Positions 8,914 to 15,190 of a DNA stretch of 42,533 nt are shown here, piece by piece. Origin of the DNA: a bacterium (GTDB lineage Bacteria > Patescibacteriota > Minisyncoccia > Phycocordibacterales > Phycocordibacteraceae); contig JAJYQV010000037.1 in the NCBI GenBank assembly GCA_021794425.1, positions 1 through 42,533 of the forward strand. The letters run 5' to 3'. The notes beneath the pieces are model-generated. The model saw nothing but the letters and a program-made list of their open reading frames with translations. It did not search any database and was not told the origin of the DNA. Both the position numbers and the translations under genes were made by a program. Within the stretch, counting starts at the first letter, position 1. Each line of letters begins with the position of its first letter.

Positions 8914-9813
8914 ATGTCACACAATCACGCGCACCCTTCAAATTACAACACGGCCTTTGTTATAGGCTTGGTTCTGAACATTGCCTTTGTCGCTATCGAA
9001 CTTTGGTTCGGCTACATCTCTCATTCGCTCGCCCTTACCTCAGACGCGGTGCATAACCTGACCGACGTGTTTGGCTTGCTGATCGCCTGGACGGGCATCT
9101 GGTTTGAGACCCGGACACCGAGCAAAAAGCACACGTACGGTTACGGTAGAGGATCTATTCTGACGTCGCTGTTTAATGCGATTCTGATATTCGTAGCAGC
9201 AGGAGGTATTTTTGTAGAAGCGCTCCATCGCATCAATATCCCAGCCAGTGTCATGGGGAGCACGGTTATGTGGGTTGCTGCGGTCGGTATTGTCATAAAC
9301 GGCGTCACAGCCTTCTTATTCATGAGAGGGCGTAAGAGTGATATCAACATTCGTGGCGCATTCGTGCACATGGCCGCCGATGCCGGGGTATCTCTCGGCG
9401 TGGTCTTTGCCGGTCTTGCCATCACCCTTACGGGAATTGCTTGGATTGATCCTGTGGTAAGCATCATTATCGCCGGAGTAATTATCTTCACTACATGGTC
9501 ACTCATGAAAGAGTCCCTGAACCTCTCGTTCGACGCCGTTCCAGAGTCCATCGATCTGGACCAAGTAAAAAAATATCTTGAAGGTATTACAGGTGTTGTC
9601 GCGGTACACGATTTGCATATCTGGGCGATAAGCACGAAAGAGACTGGTCTGACCGCGCATCTTATTTATGAAGACATGCCCGTTCCGGATGAAGCTTTAC
9701 TTCAGGTGGCCGATGATTTGCGCGACAAATTTCAGATCGGTCATACCACCCTGCAGACCGAGAAAGATCGGACTGGTCGTTACTGCAAATTAGAGCCAGA
9801 CACAATCATTTAA
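8914..9813 (+). CDS. Cation diffusion facilitator family transporter (CzcD/ZitB-like)
   Basis: 299 aa with multiple TM helices, the metal-site motifs SDAVHNLTD and HMAADAGVS, and a C-terminal cytoplasmic domain. Confidence 0.85.
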   Translation: MSHNHAHPSNYNTAFVIGLVLNIAFVAIELWFGYISHSLALTSDAVHNLTDVFGLLIAWTGIWFETRTPSKKHTYGYGRGSILTSLFNAILIFVAAGGIFVEALHRINIPASVMGSTVMWVAAVGIVINGVTAFLFMRGRKSDINIRGAFVHMAADAGVSLGVVFAGLAITLTGIAWIDPVVSIIIAGVIIFTTWSLMKESLNLSFDAVPESIDLDQVKKYLEGITGVVAVHDLHIWAISTKETGLTAHLIYEDMPVPDEALLQVADDLRDKFQIGHTTLQTEKDRTGRYCKLEPDTII

Positions 9814-9816
9814 TTT

Positions 9817-10830
9817 ATGAAATCACTCACATTCCACGTTTCCGGTACCCATTGCGCCGCATGCAAAATCTTCATCGAAGATATTCTGGGTGAGCAGGAT
9901 TTCATCAAGAAGTCCAACGTTGATCTCAAAAAAGAAACAGTCACCATCGAAACCGACAGCGACCAGAACCCCGAAGTGATGGCAGAGGAGCTGACAGAGA
10001 AGATCAGGAAGAACGGCTACACTCTCTCGGTAGGGAAAAAGGTAGACGAGAAAAAACAAGATGATGTCATTTGGAAAGCAATCCCAATAGGACTGGCATT
10101 TCTCATTCTTTTCTTCATCCTGCAAAAGTCCGGCATTTTGAATCTCGGCATCGGTGGCACGACGACTCCGGCCACGAGCTTCGTCATTGGACTCATCGCG
10201 TCGGCATCAAGCTGCCTTGCGGTGGTTGGCGGTCTGATCCTATCCCTCTCCGCGAAAGTGGCCCAGGATGAAAGTACCAAAACAAGCAAGAAACAATTCG
10301 TGCTCTTTCATGGCGGAAGACTGTTTGGGTTCGCTATTCTCGGTGGCGTGCTCGGCCTCGTCGGTCAGGCGATTGGTGTCAGTTTTACCTTCTCGGCGAT
10401 CCTCGGCCTCATAGCTTCGAGCGTCATGATATTACTCGGGCTTAACCTCGTAGGGGTTCTCAAGAAAAACAAAGTTGCTCTGCCGACCGGAATATTCGCC
10501 CACTTCAGAAAAGTCGAGCATTCGACCTTCGCCCCGATTTTTATCGGCATCGGCACATTCTTCCTGCCATGCGGCTTCACGCAAGCGATGCAGGTCGCTG
10601 CGCTCTCAAGCGGCTCATTCGTGTCTGGACTTCTCATCATGCTGTCGTTCGCACTCGGGACCCTTCCAATGCTTGCACTCTTGTCTTTCGGATCGGTGTC
10701 CTTTGCACATTCCAAACATGCGCCACTCTTCTTCAAATCTGCAGGCATCGTTGTGATCGGTCTCGGTATCTTCGCACTTCTTGCCGGTCTCGCGGGGCTG
10801 GGTGTCATCCGTCCTTTATTTAACATTTAA
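9817..10830 (+). CDS. HMA domain fused to a TauE/SafE- or DsbD_2-like multi-TM permease
   Basis: N-terminal SGTHCAACKIF heavy-metal-associated motif, followed by about six glycine-rich TM helices. Confidence 0.65.
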   Translation: MKSLTFHVSGTHCAACKIFIEDILGEQDFIKKSNVDLKKETVTIETDSDQNPEVMAEELTEKIRKNGYTLSVGKKVDEKKQDDVIWKAIPIGLAFLILFFILQKSGILNLGIGGTTTPATSFVIGLIASASSCLAVVGGLILSLSAKVAQDESTKTSKKQFVLFHGGRLFGFAILGGVLGLVGQAIGVSFTFSAILGLIASSVMILLGLNLVGVLKKNKVALPTGIFAHFRKVEHSTFAPIFIGIGTFFLPCGFTQAMQVAALSSGSFVSGLLIMLSFALGTLPMLALLSFGSVSFAHSKHAPLFFKSAGIVVIGLGIFALLAGLAGLGVIRPLFNI

Positions 10831-10850
10831 TCTTTTAGTAAAATTACTTT

Positions 10851-11249
10851 ATGAACAAAACCGCTTCGATCATCATCACGCTCGCTCTTGTTGCCGGTCT
10901 CGGCATTGTCTTCCTTGGAGGATCGAAGGACGGTGCTCCGACCGCTTCAACGGGAACGGCTCAGAACGTCGAAATACGGGATGGTGTTCAGTACGTCACT
11001 ATCAATGCGAAAGCTGGATACTCACCAAAAGTTTCCAGTGCGAAAGCTGGTATCCCAACGAAGCTCATTGTAAAAACTAACGGCACGTATGACTGCTCGG
11101 CTTCTCTCGTGATTCGATCCATCGGCTATCAGAAAATACTTCCTCAAACCGGAGAGGACACAATCGACATTGGTACTCCAGTGGCCGGACAACCCCTGCA
11201 GGGGGTATGCGGTATGGGGATGTATAACTTTCTCGTAAATTTTAGTTGA
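10851..11249 (+). CDS. Cupredoxin-like domain protein with N-terminal anchor
   Basis: 132 aa with an N-terminal TM segment and a beta-rich domain ending ...QGVCGMGMYNFLV (Cys/Met ligand-like). Last gene of the metal operon. Confidence 0.5.
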   Translation: MNKTASIIITLALVAGLGIVFLGGSKDGAPTASTGTAQNVEIRDGVQYVTINAKAGYSPKVSSAKAGIPTKLIVKTNGTYDCSASLVIRSIGYQKILPQTGEDTIDIGTPVAGQPLQGVCGMGMYNFLVNFS

Positions 11250-11329
11250 GGTAGCAAGAGTTTATCAACTCCTCGGGCTCGTAGGACGCTCTGGACTCCT
11301 TAGAGGGGTTGCGTCATTCCTTGTACTGT

Positions 11330-12649
11330 ATGAACACAATACAAGCGCCGGTGGGGTTTCCGGCCAAGCAAATACAAGCCCCTGTGAAGGTTAGATACTG
11401 CCTCTATGCCCGTAAGAGCACCGAGAGCGAGGAACGGCAGGTGCTCTCCATTGAGAGCCAAGTAAAGGAAATGCTCCAGCTCGCGGAACGAGAAGGACTT
11501 GAGGTAGTCGCCATGAAGCGAGAGAGCCACTCGGCTAAGGAGACCGGCCAGCGACCCATCTTCAACGAGATAATTGAAGAGATCCAGAGCGGCAAGTACA
11601 ACGGCATCCTCACCTGGGCGGCAGACCGCATCAGCCGAAATGCGGGCGACCTGGGTCGCGTCGTCGATCTCATGGATGCAGGACACTTGCAAGAGATTCG
11701 GACATTCAGCCAAGGCTTCAGGAATAACCCGAACGAGAAGTTCCTCCTGACGATTCTCGGCGGGCAAGCCAAGCTTGAGAACGACAATCGAGGCATCAAT
11801 GTGAAGCGCGGACTACGAACACGCGTCGAGATGGGTCTGTGGCCGACCACACCGCCGACTGGGTACATTACCCAACACGACATGCTAAAGAAGTGTCAGG
11901 TCATCATCGACCCCGAGCGCGGCGAGATAGTGAAGAAGATGTTCGAGAAGATGGCGTACGAGAAATGGAGCGGACGGCGCATCCACCACTGGCTCAAGTT
12001 CGACCTAAACTTCAAGACGGTCGGCAAGAAAAACCTCGCACTCTCAAACATCTTCCGCACCCTCCAGAACCCCTTCTACTACGGCGTCTTCGAGTATCCG
12101 AAGAAAAGCGGCAACTGGTATCAGGGCAAGCACGAGCCGCTTATCTCGAAGGAACTGTTCGACCAAGTACAGCTTCAAATGAAGCGCGACAACATCGTGC
12201 GGCAGGGGCACGAGTTCGCCTTCACCAAGCTGATGACCTGCGGTAAGTGTGGATCAGGCATAAGCGCGGAAGAGAAGTACAAGCCCCTCAAGGACGGCAC
12301 GACTAAGCGTTACATCTACTACGGATGCGGACGCTCGAAGAACAAGACGTGTCACGCCAAGTATCTGCAGGAGGAGGCACTAGTAGAGCAGCTGATTTCG
12401 CTCCTTGATCAGATTGACTTCAATACACTTGGCATCGAGCAGAAGTTCGAGGACGAGCTAAAGCGCTTCAACAAGTTCCAGCGCGGAGTGCTGGGTATCG
12501 CAAATAAAGGCGCGACTCACGCCGATATTGACCTCAAGACCTACGCGAAGTACACGCTCAAGGAAGGCACGAATGAGGAGCGACGGGAACTGATGGGGTG
12601 CTTTAAGTCGAAGCTCAAGATTACGGAAGGGATCGTGACCATCGAATAG
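11330..12649 (+). CDS. Large serine recombinase (resolvase/invertase N-domain + recombinase domain + zinc ribbon)
   Basis: YARKSTESEERQVLSIESQ contains the catalytic Ser context. A recombinase domain follows, with a CGKCGS...CGRSKNKTC Cys cluster. The start was taken at the ATG; the ORF track extends to a TTG at 11309. Confidence 0.85.
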   Translation: MNTIQAPVGFPAKQIQAPVKVRYCLYARKSTESEERQVLSIESQVKEMLQLAEREGLEVVAMKRESHSAKETGQRPIFNEIIEEIQSGKYNGILTWAADRISRNAGDLGRVVDLMDAGHLQEIRTFSQGFRNNPNEKFLLTILGGQAKLENDNRGINVKRGLRTRVEMGLWPTTPPTGYITQHDMLKKCQVIIDPERGEIVKKMFEKMAYEKWSGRRIHHWLKFDLNFKTVGKKNLALSNIFRTLQNPFYYGVFEYPKKSGNWYQGKHEPLISKELFDQVQLQMKRDNIVRQGHEFAFTKLMTCGKCGSGISAEEKYKPLKDGTTKRYIYYGCGRSKNKTCHAKYLQEEALVEQLISLLDQIDFNTLGIEQKFEDELKRFNKFQRGVLGIANKGATHADIDLKTYAKYTLKEGTNEERRELMGCFKSKLKITEGIVTIE

Positions 12650-12661
12650 TAGATCGAAAAT

Positions 12662-12698
12662 TCAAATCCCGTCGCGGTTTAACCGCGACGGGATTTGA
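12662..12698. terminator. Bidirectional hairpin between the recombinase gene and tRNA-Ser
   Basis: TCAAATCCCGTCGCGG / CCGCGACGGGATTTGA form a 16-nt perfect inverted repeat with a 5-nt loop. Confidence 0.55.
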
Positions 12699-12747
12699 GC
12701 AACTTTAAACAAGGCTCTCGGGTCACACCGATACTAAAGTCTTCGGG

Positions 12748-12834
12748 CGGAGGCGGAGAGATTCGAACTCTCGAGACCCTTTCGAGCCTGCCGCCTTTCC
12801 AAGGCGGTGGAATAAACCGCTATCCGACGCCTCC
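12748..12834 (-). tRNA. tRNA-Ser(GGA)
   Basis: Hand-folded. Acceptor GGAGGCG/CGCCTCC, anticodon loop TTGGAAA, long variable arm, T-loop GTTCGAATC, discriminator G. CCA is not encoded. Confidence 0.85.
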
Positions 12835-12956
12835 AAGCGTACTGTCCTGTTATAGCAGAAAAACGCTCGGTTTTCACGCCTTCGTGCCGAGGAGCGCGGC
12901 GACGTGGGCTTTGACCGTCGGCCGCACTTTCGCTCGAAGACTCGCTCAGCGCTGCA

Positions 12957-13853
12957 CTAGGTACTCTTTTTAGGTCCAAGCAAAGCTTGGACCCTGCTTT
13001 GAACCGTCGGGTGGGTCGAGAAGAGGCGCTCGATCCAGTCGGAGGGCTTGGTGCCGAACGGGTCGCCGATGAAGAGGTGTGCGGTCGCATGGCTCGGGCG
13101 CTGCATCGGGCGGCCGTACGCTTCGATCTTCTGCAGCGCCGCAGCGAGGCCCTCCGGGTAGCGGGTGAGGAGCGCGCCCGAAGCGTCGGCGAGGAATTCG
13201 CGCTTGCGGGAGATGGCGAGCTGGATGAGCTGCGCGGCAAAGGGTGCCAAGATGATGCCCACGATCGTGAGGATGAGCGCGATCTGGCTGCCGCCCTCCC
13301 TATCGCGATTGCCGCCGCCGAAGAGCGACATGCGCAGGAAGAGGTCGGCGAGGATGGCGAGGAAGCCCGCGAGCACGACCGCGACCGTCATGAGCAGGAT
13401 GTCGCGATTCTTCACGTGGGAGAGCTCGTGCGCGATGACGCCCTCAAGCTCGTGGCGGCTCATCATGGCAAGGAGTCCTGAGGTCGCGCAGACAACCGCG
13501 TGCTCTTGGTCGCGGCCGGTGGCAAACGCGTTTGGCGCTGGGTCATCGATGACATAGAGTTTCGGCATCGGGAGGCCCGCGGTAATGGCGAGGTTCTCCG
13601 TGACCGTATAAAAATCAAAATACTTGTCGCGCGTGGCGGGATGCGCGTTTGTCATGCGGAGCACGACCTTGTCACTGTACCAATAGCTCCAGACATTCGT
13701 GAGGAGCGCGAAGAGCACGGCAGCGTAGAGGATACCGGGCGCATTGTAGTACCAAGAGACGCCGTACCCTACCGCGATGACGAGCACGAGGAAACCCAAC
13801 ATGAGGAGCCAGGTGCGGCGGAGATTCGCGGAACGCTCTGCGTATAGATTCAT
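12957..13853 (-). CDS. htpX: Zinc metalloprotease HtpX (M48 family)
   Basis: HELSHVKNRD HExxH motif with TM helices. The start was trimmed to MNLYAERSANLRRTW. Confidence 0.9.
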   Translation of the reverse strand: MNLYAERSANLRRTWLLMLGFLVLVIAVGYGVSWYYNAPGILYAAVLFALLTNVWSYWYSDKVVLRMTNAHPATRDKYFDFYTVTENLAITAGLPMPKLYVIDDPAPNAFATGRDQEHAVVCATSGLLAMMSRHELEGVIAHELSHVKNRDILLMTVAVVLAGFLAILADLFLRMSLFGGGNRDREGGSQIALILTIVGIILAPFAAQLIQLAISRKREFLADASGALLTRYPEGLAAALQKIEAYGRPMQRPSHATAHLFIGDPFGTKPSDWIERLFSTHPTVQSRVQALLGPKKST

Positions 13854-13914
13854 GGTGGTATGATACCAGAAAGTGCGGAGCGGCGCGGGGCTCTCCGTGG
13901 CCCCGCGCCGCACG

Positions 13915-14598
13915 TTACGCTCCCTGGTACATTTCAACGCGGTTGCGGCCGCCGGCCTTGGCGGCGTAGACTGCCCTGTCCGCGTGCTCTATCAAGTCTT
14001 GAACGCTCGCTGCTTCTGCTGAGGAAGCGACTCCGAAACTTCCGGTGATTCCGTTTTCTTTCAGGACAGGGTCTTCGTCTAACGCGGCGCGAAGTTTCTC
14101 TGCAACTGTCGCTCCCGATGCTGTTCCCGTATTTGGCAGGAGCGCGACAAACTCATCTCCGCCGTATCGTGCAAGAGTATCCTCTTCACGAAGCGCATGT
14201 TGGAGGCGACGTGCTGCCTCTCTCAATACGTCGTCGCCCCTAGCGTGACCGAACGTGTCATTCACTTCCTTGAAGTGATCCAGATCTATGAAGACGAGCA
14301 CTATCTCGGTGGGCGCCTTCGCGTTTTTCCGGCGCTCGTTTTCCTGGTTAAGCAGCTTGAACTCGTGTTCGAGTTTCGCGTTAAAGAATTTGCGCGTGTA
14401 GACTCCCGTGAGGTGATCAATGCCGTGCTCTTCTTCTTTTTTCTCGTGTTCTTTCTCTTGCTCTTCAATGTGCCACTCTAGGAGTCCTTTCTCTAAGTCT
14501 TGCATTTTGTTTTGGGCGGCAAGCTCCTCAACCGCCTTTTTCAAAGCTTCTTTCTCGTCGTCCGACCTTCCCGCACCGTACGATTTGGGGAATTCCAC
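13915..14598 (-). CDS. GGDEF-domain diguanylate cyclase with N-terminal coiled coil
   Basis: DHLTGVYTRKFF ... IDLDHFKEVNDTFGHARGD ... RYGGDEFVALLP. Confidence 0.85.
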   Translation of the reverse strand: MEFPKSYGAGRSDDEKEALKKAVEELAAQNKMQDLEKGLLEWHIEEQEKEHEKKEEEHGIDHLTGVYTRKFFNAKLEHEFKLLNQENERRKNAKAPTEIVLVFIDLDHFKEVNDTFGHARGDDVLREAARRLQHALREEDTLARYGGDEFVALLPNTGTASGATVAEKLRAALDEDPVLKENGITGSFGVASSAEAASVQDLIEHADRAVYAAKAGGRNRVEMYQGA

Positions 14599-14607
14599 GG
14601 CGCTTCG

Positions 14608-15168
14608 TTAAAACTGCACTTTCACCGGCTCTTTGGCCGCGGCGTCGGCGTCGGCGAGCTCGAAGAGGTCCATCTGCGAGAAGCCGAACTGGCCCGAAAT
14701 CAGGTTGTTCGGGAACGTCTGAATGGCCGTGTTGAATGCCATGACGGTCGTGTTGTAGAAACGGCGGGCGGCCTGGATCTTGTCCTCGGTGTCGCCGAGC
14801 TCGCGCTGGAGCTGGAGGAAGTTCTGGTTCGCCTTCAGGTCCGGATACGCTTCGGACACCGCGAAGAGCGACTTGAGGGTGCCCTCGAGCATGTTCTCGG
14901 CCTTTGCCTTGTCGGCGGTGCCCGTCGCGCCCATGGCAGCCGTGCGCGCGGCCGTCACGTCTTCAAAGACGGTCTTCTCGTGTGCGGCGTAGCCCTTCAC
15001 CGTCTCGACGAGGTTCGGGATGAGGTCGTAGCGGCGCTTGAGCTGCACGTCGATATCGGCCCACGCCTCCTTGGCGCGGTTCCGCAGGGTCACGAGGCCG
15101 TTGTAGGCGAAAATGAGCCAGAGCACGATAATAGCTAGCACTATAAGTACGGTGGTGGTTGTGGTCAT
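14608..15168 (-). CDS. lemA: LemA family protein
   Basis: N-terminal TM segment, then YNGLVTLRNRAKEAWADIDVQLKRRYDLIPNLVETVKGYA. The start was trimmed to MTTTTTV. Confidence 0.85.
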   Translation of the reverse strand: MTTTTTVLIVLAIIVLWLIFAYNGLVTLRNRAKEAWADIDVQLKRRYDLIPNLVETVKGYAAHEKTVFEDVTAARTAAMGATGTADKAKAENMLEGTLKSLFAVSEAYPDLKANQNFLQLQRELGDTEDKIQAARRFYNTTVMAFNTAIQTFPNNLISGQFGFSQMDLFELADADAAAKEPVKVQF

Positions 15169-15190
15169 ATGCCTCCAGTATACTACGGCT

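Larger units (their letters stand above)
1..12700. mobile_element. Putative integrative element or genomic island; the left end is not in the window and the right end lies at the serine recombinase/tRNA-Ser junction
   Basis: A large serine recombinase is the last gene, and tRNA-Ser follows immediately. Cargo is phage/plasmid-type (ParB-methylase, terminase-small-like HTH, S24 repressor) plus a metal-resistance operon. G+C is visibly lower than in the core from ~12.9 kb. No att repeats were identified. Confidence 0.45.

Noticed and set aside
12734-13240. 168-aa Ser/Arg/Pro-rich ORF on the minus strand. Similar long antisense or out-of-frame ORFs occur across the G+C-rich core, for example 14500..15138, 14963..15619, 16574..17299, 16798..17571, 18432..19808, 22139..23023, 23779..24789, 25713..26624, 27135..28532, 29611..30339 and 35436..36380.
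   Set aside because: They overlap strongly supported genes (htpX, lemA, recG, ftsH, cfa, typA, Nramp, ABC-F, nitroreductase, res). Their Arg/Ala/Pro-rich low-complexity composition is typical of shadow frames in high-GC DNA.
14420-14470. AT-richer, purine-skewed patch in the GGDEF gene, considered as another inserted element.
   Set aside because: It simply encodes a Glu/Lys-rich coiled-coil stretch (EEQEKEHEKKEEEH) and has no inverted-repeat structure.
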